A stretch of DNA of 64,000 nt. It comes from Candidatus Poseidoniales archaeon (GTDB taxonomy: Archaea; Thermoplasmatota; Poseidoniia; Poseidoniales; Poseidoniaceae). The translations under genes were made by a program, and so were the position numbers. Location of the stretch: positions 32,355 to 96,354 of the forward strand of contig JAYNJV010000001.1 in assembly GCA_038110525.1 (NCBI GenBank), given 5' to 3'. The notes under the pieces are model-generated. The model was not told the origin of the DNA. It saw nothing but the letters and a program-made list of their open reading frames with translations, and searched no databases. Below are positions 56,597 to 64,000 of this stretch, piece by piece (positions within the stretch are counted from its first letter, which is position 1; each line of letters starts with the position of its first letter).

Positions 56597-57865
56597 TCAC
56601 GAACCTAAGACCAATTTTACACCAGTTTTCAATGCTAATGGTCGAAATGCTGGAACATTTTTGAGAAGGGCAATGCCCAAAGGAACTGGCTTTTCGATGT
56701 CGCCTACCTTGTTAATGAGTTCAATGGTTTTCGGGTCTGCAAATGCATTGAAGTGTTTATTCAATGTCTTATCGTCACAGTCAGATACCAAGATGTTGCG
56801 TAGTTTACGTGCCCTGTCCTGTTCTTTTTTCATCTTTGACCAAGGCTTGGCAACGAGTTTTTTCAAATTCTCAATTCCCAATTGATTTTCTTGAATAAGT
56901 ACTGCAAGGGATTCTACGATTAATGAAATTTGTTCAAACCCAGGGCCAATCCCTCCTCCAGTCGTCGGTTTGGCCATTCCAGCAGCATCGCCTAAGAGCA
57001 TCACTCGATCCTTTACTGGAAATCGAACCATACCCGCTGGAATAGGGCCACAATATCGAGAAATCTCTTTCACTTGTTTGAATTTTTCAGACCATAGTGG
57101 ATGGGACAGCAATGTATTGTAATAGGATTCAATTGATTTCCCATCTTGCATGTGTTTTGCTGTCGACCAAACTCCAATTCGATGAGTATCAAAACCCGTT
57201 GGAATCACCCAAGCAAAGAAACCCGGGGCTACTTCACGACCACTGTACATTTCCAACCATCTCGCTTTCGATTGATAGCCAGTTACTTCGGTTTGAAATC
57301 CGATCATTGTTTCTTTAGGATATCCCATTTTGAATTTACGTCGAGTCCAACTATGTGCCCCATCTGCACCTATCAAAAGTTTACACTGAATATGTTTCAT
57401 CTTACCATTTTGGTTGATTTCTAATCGTACACCCTTATCTGATATATTGGCATCGATGGCTTTGGTGTTCATAGAAATAGTAGCACCGAGTTCAATTGCC
57501 TGTTGAACGACGAGCATATCGAACTTTTTTCTACATACTGAATATGTACGTATTTCACCTTCTGTTCCCACAGGAACAACAGTACCGTCTGGACCGTGTA
57601 TGAGGGCACCATCAATTTCTTGAAGAACAGATGAGTAATCCCCGATTCGTTCGATAGCACTCGGGTTGACCAAACCTGCACATTGAAAGGGCCTCCCAAT
57701 TTCGCCATGCTCTTCGATGAGATGAACAGCGACATTGTGTTCTCGAAGCAACCGAGCGGCATATCCTCCAACCGGCCCAGCCCCGATAATCACAACATCG
57801 ACTTCGTCCACGCTGTTCCGACTCCTTGCAGACCCTTCAACATTGTTCGTGCAGGAGTGTTTCAA
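56597..57865 (-). CDS. geranylgeranyl reductase family protein (digeranylgeranylglycerophospholipid reductase-like)
   Basis: FAD-binding DVVIIGAGPVGGYAARLL and the family motif LLGDAAGMAKPTTGGGI are present. The true start may lie downstream of 57865. Confidence 0.88.
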   Translation of the reverse strand: MKHSCTNNVEGSARSRNSVDEVDVVIIGAGPVGGYAARLLREHNVAVHLIEEHGEIGRPFQCAGLVNPSAIERIGDYSSVLQEIDGALIHGPDGTVVPVGTEGEIRTYSVCRKKFDMLVVQQAIELGATISMNTKAIDANISDKGVRLEINQNGKMKHIQCKLLIGADGAHSWTRRKFKMGYPKETMIGFQTEVTGYQSKARWLEMYSGREVAPGFFAWVIPTGFDTHRIGVWSTAKHMQDGKSIESYYNTLLSHPLWSEKFKQVKEISRYCGPIPAGMVRFPVKDRVMLLGDAAGMAKPTTGGGIGPGFEQISLIVESLAVLIQENQLGIENLKKLVAKPWSKMKKEQDRARKLRNILVSDCDDKTLNKHFNAFADPKTIELINKVGDIEKPVPLGIALLKNVPAFRPLALKTGVKLVLGS

Positions 57866-60600
57866 GAACGTTTGGCGAATTTATACCCAATCGACTCGTT
57901 CTTTTTGATGTAAATTACTGCTGCAAAAGGCTTACCTGCTTTGGATATGAAATCTTCAAAGGGTCCGACTTCCTTTGATTCAATAAGAACCTTGGCCTCT
58001 TCTCGCGTTAACTCCCTTCCTGATATTTGCCTTCCAATTTGGATTTTGCATTCTCCAGAATCGTCTGCAATTTGAAAATGAGTCTCGGTTTCAACGATTT
58101 CTGACTTGTGCACTGGACACAAAGCAACGACGCCCGGAGCGACTTGAAATTTAGGCAAATCATCGTTCTTTGTTCGAAGTGGAAATTCGTATCGAATGCC
58201 GTTGCCTTTGATGATAAGATATGCACTGAATTGAGTATTTTTCTTAGAAATAAAATCTTCAAATAAGTCGGATTTACCAGTTTGGAAGAGAACCTTTGCC
58301 TCCTCGGTTGAAATTTCACGATGGCACATGATTTTTTGCATACCCCTGAATTTGCAATCTTTGTTATCGCATTGGTATGATGTGCTTGATTTACGAATCG
58401 TACCACTCGAACACATTCGACACGATGCAATTTCAATGTCCTCATCACTTACAAGTTCCGTTGTCGAATTGAGTGCTGAAACGCGACCATTATTTTCTAA
58501 TTTAACATCCATCTCGTAATGTTCGCCTGAGAAATTAAAAAATCCGTGCAAATTAGAAATCTGTCGATCTTGAAGTAATCTTTTGACAGTAGTTTTGTCG
58601 TACCAACGGCCACTGGAATCCTTCCAAAGGACAAATTCACATCCCTTGCCTTTCCCAGTGTTGGCTTCGCATTGATATGACATTGTAGTTTCAATGATGG
58701 ATTGACCACAGAGCAAGCAAGAACCAACCGAATCATCTGATTGGTAGAGAGTTGACCTGTCGTGAGTTCGAATTTTAGAAACCAATTCTTCTGTTTGCTC
58801 GATAATTCGTCCCATATATTCTGATTTGGGTAGTTCACCACGCTGAACAGAAATCAGTGATGCCTCCATTTCTCCAGTTAATTCAGCGGATGTAATCCAT
58901 TCAATGGGTATTCGGCGTAAGATGTCGATAAGTTGTATTCCGTGAGCAGTCGCCGAAATTGTAGTGGATTTAGAACGGCGAATGTACGCTTTTTCAACCA
59001 ATTTTTCGATGGTTTCATTTCGGGTTGCTGGAGTTCCAAGTCCCTTATCCTTCATTGCTTCAACCAATTCTTCATCGTCCAATATTTTTCCAGCGTTCTG
59101 CATGAGGTTTAGGACCCCAGCTTCTTTGAGTCGTGGCTTTGGTTTTGTTGTTTCCTCTGAAAATTCAGAACTCGATATCGTCGCTTGTTCTGGGCATTTA
59201 CTCAAGTTAAACCAATCATCAGGTGTAGTGTTATTTTTGGGAATAACTTCCCTCCAGCCAGGAGTCGTAAGAATTTCAACTTCCTTGGTGAAGACTTCAT
59301 TTTCGATTGTTGCAAAACGTTTCACAACCGACCACTCGGATTCTGCATACCAGCTTGCCAAGAAATTTCGAACAATAAAATCATACAATTTAAGATGATC
59401 ACCAGATAATTTTACCTTCGGAGCCTCACCAGTAGGAATAATTGCAAAATGGTCTGAAACCTTTGATGAATTGAAATTTCTTTCTTGATTCACCAATCCA
59501 GTTGAAATGAGATTTTGAGAATATTGTTTGTAATTAATCTGTTGGCTTAAATTTTGAATAGTTTCCAAAATCGTATCTTTCATGTCTTCAGGTAGGTATT
59601 GTGAATCAGTTCTTGGGTAGGTAATCAGTTTGAATGAATCATACAAGTCCTGTGCAACTTTTGAAGTTCTTGTTGTTGTCCATGACCACAATGAGTTTGT
59701 TTTCTTCTGCAAGTTTGTTAAATCCAAATTTAGAGGAGGTCGTTCATTCTTTGTGCGTGTTTTTTCATCAACGATAACGGATGAATTGTTTTCAAGAATT
59801 GATTCAAGTGTTTCCTTTTCGCTTAGTTCATAAATTCTGTCTTCCTTCTGTTCTGGAGGCGTAGGTGTTGACCTCGACCATTTGCCGGTCCAAGAACCAC
59901 CTTTATGTACAAATGTTGCATTGAGTTGCCAGTAAGGTTCAGGAATGTGTGAGAGGACTTCGAGTTCATGGTCTACGATCATAGCCAATGTAGCCGTTTG
60001 TACTCTGCCAAGTGAGGTGGCAACTTTCTGCCCTTTTTTCCTTGGAAGATGTTTATTCGCAATTCTTGTTCCGTTCATTCCGATAATCCAATCGGCTTCG
60101 CTTCTTGCGTATGCAGCATCCGATAATGATTGATACTCTGAGCCATTTTTTCTTGATTCAAACGCTTGTGAGATTGCTTTTGGCGTCATTGATTGAATCC
60201 ACATTCTTGATATTTCTTTTGAAAGATTTGCGAATTCAATAATTCGTCGAAATATCAACTCACCCTCTCTAGCCGCATCACAGGCATTGACAATCTCTTG
60301 AACATCATCCTCCTTGATGAGTTTGAGGATTGCATCGAGTTGTTTTTTTGTTCGCTTTTCGGGTTGAAATTGAAATTGCTTGGGGATGTAAGGTAAATCT
60401 TCAACGGACTTTTGCCAATCTTTGAATTTTGGGTCATAGTCATCAAGCATTTTCAAACCGAGCAAATGCCCAGAAGCCCAAGTTATTTTTATGTCTGGAC
60501 TATCGTAATAGTGGTCTGTTTTTTTCGATACACCAAGAACTGATGCTATGTCTTGTGCTACACTCGGTTTCTCAGCGATGATAACAATCGACACAATCAC
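57862..60600 (-). CDS. topA: type IA DNA topoisomerase (TopA/Topo III-like) with C-terminal zinc ribbons and duplicated C-terminal repeat
   Basis: Toprim VIIAEKPSVAQDIA and active-site Tyr YPRTDSQYL are present. C4 ribbons include CLLCGQ...CE..C, CRMCSS...C..C and others. Two ~41-aa repeats have the form EEAKVL...FEDFISK...F. GTG start. There is no helicase domain, so this is not reverse gyrase. Confidence 0.9.
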   Translation of the reverse strand: MIVSIVIIAEKPSVAQDIASVLGVSKKTDHYYDSPDIKITWASGHLLGLKMLDDYDPKFKDWQKSVEDLPYIPKQFQFQPEKRTKKQLDAILKLIKEDDVQEIVNACDAAREGELIFRRIIEFANLSKEISRMWIQSMTPKAISQAFESRKNGSEYQSLSDAAYARSEADWIIGMNGTRIANKHLPRKKGQKVATSLGRVQTATLAMIVDHELEVLSHIPEPYWQLNATFVHKGGSWTGKWSRSTPTPPEQKEDRIYELSEKETLESILENNSSVIVDEKTRTKNERPPLNLDLTNLQKKTNSLWSWTTTRTSKVAQDLYDSFKLITYPRTDSQYLPEDMKDTILETIQNLSQQINYKQYSQNLISTGLVNQERNFNSSKVSDHFAIIPTGEAPKVKLSGDHLKLYDFIVRNFLASWYAESEWSVVKRFATIENEVFTKEVEILTTPGWREVIPKNNTTPDDWFNLSKCPEQATISSSEFSEETTKPKPRLKEAGVLNLMQNAGKILDDEELVEAMKDKGLGTPATRNETIEKLVEKAYIRRSKSTTISATAHGIQLIDILRRIPIEWITSAELTGEMEASLISVQRGELPKSEYMGRIIEQTEELVSKIRTHDRSTLYQSDDSVGSCLLCGQSIIETTMSYQCEANTGKGKGCEFVLWKDSSGRWYDKTTVKRLLQDRQISNLHGFFNFSGEHYEMDVKLENNGRVSALNSTTELVSDEDIEIASCRMCSSGTIRKSSTSYQCDNKDCKFRGMQKIMCHREISTEEAKVLFQTGKSDLFEDFISKKNTQFSAYLIIKGNGIRYEFPLRTKNDDLPKFQVAPGVVALCPVHKSEIVETETHFQIADDSGECKIQIGRQISGRELTREEAKVLIESKEVGPFEDFISKAGKPFAAVIYIKKNESIGYKFAKRS
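57877..58305 (-). repeat. duplicated topoisomerase C-terminal repeat module (coding)
   Basis: EEAKVLFQTGKSDLFEDFISKKNTQFSAYLIIKGNGIRYEF versus EEAKVLIESKEVGPFEDFISKAGKPFAAVIYIKKNESIGYKF, separated by a 60-aa zinc-ribbon linker. Confidence 0.7.
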
Positions 60601-60671
60601 TCCCCACAGCCTAATCTACTTGAACTCTCCTTTTACAATGTTCAAAATGTAAGAATTCTTCACGGGAGAGA

Positions 60672-61100
60672 TTAATTGAGTTCTTTTCTGTTGTTTTCCT
60701 CATTCCAATATGTACCACCTACATCTTGAATACAATCTTCACAACCTGGATAACCTGCCTGCAATAATTCTCTGCAGCAATCGAAAAATTGGATTAAAAA
60801 ATCATGACAATTCATCGGCACATAGACATAAGAAAAGTCGGATGAATCTCTTGGGGAAGCAATGATGCTACCTTGCATTGTTTGAATACTCCAATTTTGA
60901 GTTGTTGAAATTGTAAATAATGAAGAATCTATTCGAGAAGGTATATGTTCTTGAACAGCCAAATCAAACTCATGAATTTGATTTTCAAACTCTGAAGGAA
61001 AAATGAAGTTAACTTTCGATGCCTTTAGAACTCGCCTTGAAATTTCTCTCACCGCTGGCCAAAGTGGGTCTGTAATCCGCATCTGTATCGGGGAAGACAA
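60672..61100 (-). CDS. hypothetical protein (Cys-rich C-terminus)
   Basis: 142-aa ORF divergent from pyrD. NCHDF...DCCRELLQAGYPGCEDC could bind metal. No family recognised. Confidence 0.4.
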   Translation of the reverse strand: MSSPIQMRITDPLWPAVREISRRVLKASKVNFIFPSEFENQIHEFDLAVQEHIPSRIDSSLFTISTTQNWSIQTMQGSIIASPRDSSDFSYVYVPMNCHDFLIQFFDCCRELLQAGYPGCEDCIQDVGGTYWNEENNRKELN

Positions 61101-61137
61101 GACAAGTTTTCAAACATGGTTCGTATGCCTCTCAAAG

Positions 61138-62262
61138 ATGGGGCTATTTTATCGACTCTTCGTACGACCTGCCCTAAAACTTCAAGATTCCGAAAAAGCC
61201 CATCTCCGTTCACTTAAAGCCCTCCGATTAAGTGCACATTTTTTCATCACTCGGTTCATCCTCAAAGGATTATACAATCCTCACCGTGATCTAGGCATAC
61301 AACAATTTGGATTGCATTTCAACAACCCTTTTGGCGTAGCTGCGGGTATGGATAAAAGTGCTCATGCCCTTTTGGGTTGGTCAACACTTGGCGTTGGGTT
61401 CACCGAAATTGGGGGCATCACAGAACATCAACAAGATGGAAATTTGAAGCCAAGGATGTTTCGATTGGATGCACAACAGGTCCTCATCAATCGAATGGGT
61501 TTCAATAACATAGGGTCAGATGCTATGGCCAAGCATTTGTCCAATAAGGCCTCAAAAAGAAATTTGCATCATCAACCCTTATGGGCTAATATTGGGAAAT
61601 CTAAAATTACTGAACTTTCCGAAGCCAAACGGGATTATGCTACAACGATTGAAAGATTGTGGCCCCACGTTGATGTGTTTGTTATCAATGTCTCATCACC
61701 AAATACACCCCAATTGAGAGAGTTGCAAGACGAATCACATCTACTCGATTTACTTGAATATTGTGAAAAGAGAAACCAAAGCATGGCTGAAAAGTTTGCA
61801 GGTCAACGAAAACCGATGCTCGTAAAAGTAGCACCTGATTTGAACAGAACTGAATTAGAAGATATTCTCACAACGCTCATGAAAGCCAATTTTGATGGAA
61901 TTGTGTTGTGCAATTCCACAACCTCTCGTCCGTCGCCTAACAATTCAAAGGAAGAGAAAGTGTTGAGAGAAGAAGGTGGATTAAGTGGGCGATACCTCCA
62001 TGACAAGTCTGTTGAAATGATTTCTCATGCATACAAGTTCACGAAAGGTAACCTTCCAATTGTTGGGGTTGGTGGAATTATGAATTCTCAAGATGCAATT
62101 CGTTCAATTCGGGCAGGGGCCTCGCTCATTCAGGGCTACTCAAGTTTTGTGTTTTCAGGACCCAGTATTGTCAAGCACATTGTAAGGGGCGTTGAGAGTG
62201 AAATGAAAAAAGAAAACATCACACATTATCATGAACTCGTAGGTAGAGACCATGGTTTTTAA
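61138..62262 (+). CDS. pyrD: dihydroorotate dehydrogenase (quinone), class 2
   Basis: The N-terminal membrane-association helix MGLFYRLFVRPAL is present. Motifs are NPFGVAAGMDK, GFTEIGGIT, NRMGFNN, ANIGKSK, VINVSSPNTP, GGLSGR and IVGVGGI. Confidence 0.9.
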   Translation: MGLFYRLFVRPALKLQDSEKAHLRSLKALRLSAHFFITRFILKGLYNPHRDLGIQQFGLHFNNPFGVAAGMDKSAHALLGWSTLGVGFTEIGGITEHQQDGNLKPRMFRLDAQQVLINRMGFNNIGSDAMAKHLSNKASKRNLHHQPLWANIGKSKITELSEAKRDYATTIERLWPHVDVFVINVSSPNTPQLRELQDESHLLDLLEYCEKRNQSMAEKFAGQRKPMLVKVAPDLNRTELEDILTTLMKANFDGIVLCNSTTSRPSPNNSKEEKVLREEGGLSGRYLHDKSVEMISHAYKFTKGNLPIVGVGGIMNSQDAIRSIRAGASLIQGYSSFVFSGPSIVKHIVRGVESEMKKENITHYHELVGRDHGF

Positions 62263-62279
62263 CGAACGATGTACTGGCA

Positions 62280-62675
62280 ATGGTGATCGAAATGTGGTCT
62301 CGACGCAATCGTCTTCTCGTGACGGGAGGAGTGTTGACAATCTTGCTTCTTTCTACATTGCTCCTTGAAAGTCCTGAACCAACACGAACAGTGGATGAAA
62401 TCATGGTCAATCCCGACTCTTTTGTTGGTAAAGAAGTAGCACTACGTGGAGAGGTATTCGATGGAAGTTTAAGCAATGATACAATGGAATTTATTCTTGA
62501 AGGTGAATCGTCGACCATTGTAATTTCTTTCAAAAATGCAGCAGTTTCAAACGGATTAGATGACAATCGAACGGTCTATGCAGAAGGTAAAATTGTCAAA
62601 TTAAACGGTGAGTATGTGCTTGAAGCATCGATAATTAAGACATCCTGCCCCTCGAAATACGAGGCTGAATCTTGA
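62280..62675 (+). CDS. ccmE: CcmE-like haem chaperone, variant CxxxY type
   Basis: The N-terminal anchor SRRNRLLVTGGVLTILLL compares with E. coli RRKNRLWIACAVLAGLAL. An OB-fold body follows (VGKEVALRGEVFDGSL...TVYAEGKIV). The C-terminal IIKTSCPSKYEAE aligns with VLAKHDENYTPPE, so the haem-binding His is replaced by Cys. Confidence 0.65.
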   Translation: MVIEMWSRRNRLLVTGGVLTILLLSTLLLESPEPTRTVDEIMVNPDSFVGKEVALRGEVFDGSLSNDTMEFILEGESSTIVISFKNAAVSNGLDDNRTVYAEGKIVKLNGEYVLEASIIKTSCPSKYEAES

Positions 62676-62692
62676 AGGACATCACCATTGAA

Positions 62693-62701
62693 TTGAAATA
62701 T
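62693..62701 (+). promoter_or_regulatory. candidate TATA box for SRP RNA
   Basis: TTGAAATAT lies ~20-28 nt upstream of the inferred 5' end of the RNA. Confidence 0.35.
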
Positions 62702-62720
62702 GACCCTCTTGAACGAGCGT

Positions 62721-63020
62721 CGGGATAGGTGGGGAGCTCGGCGTACCCTACATCACAAATCGTCGTTATGGTGGACCGAACGCCTTGGGGCGGCGAGAGC
62801 GGGCCCTTGGTTTCCACATGCGGACGTTGATGTCTCGCCCCCACATGACCTGGGTGTCTTGAACCGTATCCGGAAGGAAACGGGAATGGAATAACCGGGG
62901 GACTAGGTCAGGCCGGGAACGGAGCAGCCCTACCTGGGGCCATGGGTGCTGTGGGGTAACGGGATGGAGAATGTGTGTGGGCTTGGCCGAGGGCAACGAG
63001 CGTCCACCTTTGGCCCTCCC
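62721..63020 (+). ncRNA. signal recognition particle RNA (archaeal 7S RNA)
   Basis: This is a ~300-nt GC-rich island in AT-rich DNA. The 5' AGGUGGGGAGCUCGGC pairs with the 3' GCCGAGG...CCACCU (helices 1/2). A helix-6-like CCGGAAGG hairpin lies at ~62870. The conserved helix-8 motif GGUCAGGCCGGGAACGGAGCAGCC lies at ~62906-62929. An ATTTT tract follows. Confidence 0.85.
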
Positions 63021-63023
63021 ATT

Positions 63024-63512
63024 TTACACATCAAAGATAACTTGGCTAATCCATGCTGGTCCAGCAATTTCAGGAATTGATTTGTCTACATGGAAATATG
63101 ATTCGTTTGCATTTAGAAAGCGAACAAAATTGTCGTGAGATGTCACTGCTTTAATTTCAGTTTCTGGGACAATCTCATTTGAATCAACGTATACTACATC
63201 TGCGAAAATCTTGCAACCATCCATTGTATGTTGAATAGAAATCTTTCCATCAAGATACAATTGGTTTTGAATTTCTCTACGAAATAATATTTCATCAAGC
63301 CATCTCAACAGAATCATTTCCTTGTCAATATGTCCGTCAAATGTGGAATTCCATTGACCCTGGCGTATTTTTTGATGGTCTTCGAGGGAGTTTAATTGGG
63401 GTGATAGAATTGACATCATCCCCTTCGTAGACTGATCTATGAGTTCTTCAAAAGTTGGTGAGAAACTAAACACACCTACATCTGCAGTCGTTGGAAATTG
63501 AATAAATCCCAA
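63024..63512 (-). CDS. archease (RtcB activator)
   Basis: The N-terminal FPTTADVGVFSFSPTFEELIDQSTKGMMSIL compares with canonical F.HTADIG..A.G.TLEELF..AA.GM. The C-terminal EIKAVTSHDNFV compares with IKAVTYH. Confidence 0.8.
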   Translation of the reverse strand: MGFIQFPTTADVGVFSFSPTFEELIDQSTKGMMSILSPQLNSLEDHQKIRQGQWNSTFDGHIDKEMILLRWLDEILFRREIQNQLYLDGKISIQHTMDGCKIFADVVYVDSNEIVPETEIKAVTSHDNFVRFLNANESYFHVDKSIPEIAGPAWISQVIFDV

Positions 63513-63520
63513 TTCATCAC

Positions 63521-64000
63521 CTATCGTTTGGAGACCTGGAGATTCCAGGCGTGTTCTCCAATTCGATGCAGTAGTTCTTCTCTTGTGATCACATAATTCA
63601 TCATTTCCTCGGCAGTGAGAATGCTTTCACAAGTTGCATTGATCAAATATGCTGTATTTTCGACATCAAAATTGTGAAACAATGCCACTGCAATTGCGAC
63701 CGCAGCCGCATCCAACAATCCGATGAGTTGTCGAACTTCTGAGAGGGTGCAAGGTGCATGAACTGAGGACTCGTTTTGAGTATAAATGGTGACACCATCA
63801 ATTCCCGATACAACAACGAGGTGAGACCAATGATACTCATTCATGAGTTGGTTCGCTGCATCCTCATCAGAATCAGCACCGATTCTTCTTCGCATCAATT
63901 CCATTCCTTGTTGTTGGAAAAGAACCCATTCCACATTTTGCGTTCGATGCAAACCCGTTAATTTTGGGTCAGCGATAATTGGAACACCATTCTTTTTTGC
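63521..64000 (-). CDS. PfkB/ribokinase-family carbohydrate kinase-like protein, C-terminal part (runs off the window)
   Basis: The frame is open to the window edge. ...VPIIADPKLTGL...VEWVLFQQQGMEL resembles the v.vDPK......litPN..E segment of RfaE/HldE-type kinases. The anion-hole motif is degenerate (LIGLLDAAAV instead of TGAGDT). Confidence 0.45.
   Translation of the reverse strand, partial: AKKNGVPIIADPKLTGLHRTQNVEWVLFQQQGMELMRRRIGADSDEDAANQLMNEYHWSHLVVVSGIDGVTIYTQNESSVHAPCTLSEVRQLIGLLDAAAVAIAVALFHNFDVENTAYLINATCESILTAEEMMNYVITREELLHRIGEHAWNLQVSKR

Noticed and set aside
57862-60600. Reverse gyrase as an alternative call for the 912-aa topoisomerase
   Set aside because: There is no N-terminal helicase or Walker A domain. 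The protein starts directly with the Toprim motif.
62635-62996. Three ORFs of 64-76 aa (62635-62844 minus, 62700-62894 plus, 62766-62996 minus) rich in Arg/Pro/Gly
   Set aside because: They lie on the GC-rich SRP RNA gene. Their open frames are a by-product of GC content, and they overlap each other on both strands.
62712-63004. 10-nt direct repeat AACGAGCGTC flanking or within the SRP RNA, considered as attachment-site scars
   Set aside because: No integrase or foreign genes lie between the copies, and the content is the SRP RNA itself. A 10-mer coincidence within 300 nt is not very improbable.

Overview
This is a compact, gene-dense archaeal chromosomal segment, with most genes separated by 0-80 nt and several overlapping. 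I support about 49 protein genes, two tRNAs (Ser-GGA, Thr-GGU) and a roughly 300-nt GC-rich SRP (7S) RNA. I saw no CRISPR array, transposase, integrase or rRNA.

Archaeal identity rests on several markers:
- the conserved rpo7(rpoE')-spt4-S24e-S27ae cluster
- RtcB plus archease
- DTD2-type D-aminoacyl-tRNA deacylase
- geranylgeranyl reductase
- an SRP RNA with both helix-6 and helix-8 motifs
- widespread GGAGGTGA-type Shine-Dalgarno sites

The AT-rich coding DNA, very acidic proteins, huge adhesin-like surface proteins, membrane-anchored subtilases, PepP, proline dehydrogenase and class-2 PyrD suggest a marine planktonic heterotrophic euryarchaeon (Marine Group II/III-like). That placement is inference only.

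Housekeeping genes include alaS, valS, glyA, a serA-like gene, pyrD, a sufS-like gene, topA and dinB.

The most interesting observations are:
1. **Damage-tolerance cluster (27.5-32.2 kb).** A family-B polymerase with degenerate exonuclease and motif-C residues sits beside a RadB-like protein with a dead P-loop and a canonical DinB. A small ORF is translationally coupled to the polymerase. The arrangement resembles the bacterial ImuA-ImuB-DnaE2 mutasome.
2. **PNGase F-like lipoprotein (52.3-55.5 kb).** Its C-terminal ~320 aa match bacterial PNGase F, including the catalytic Asp/Glu/Arg positions and two of the three disulfide pairs at conserved spacing. It is fused to cysteine-containing thrombospondin-type-3-like calcium-binding modules.
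3. **Orphan variant CcmE** with a CxxxY motif.
4. **Integrin-like 1921-aa surface protein.**

All homology statements come from motif recognition by eye and remembered reference sequences. No database search was run.
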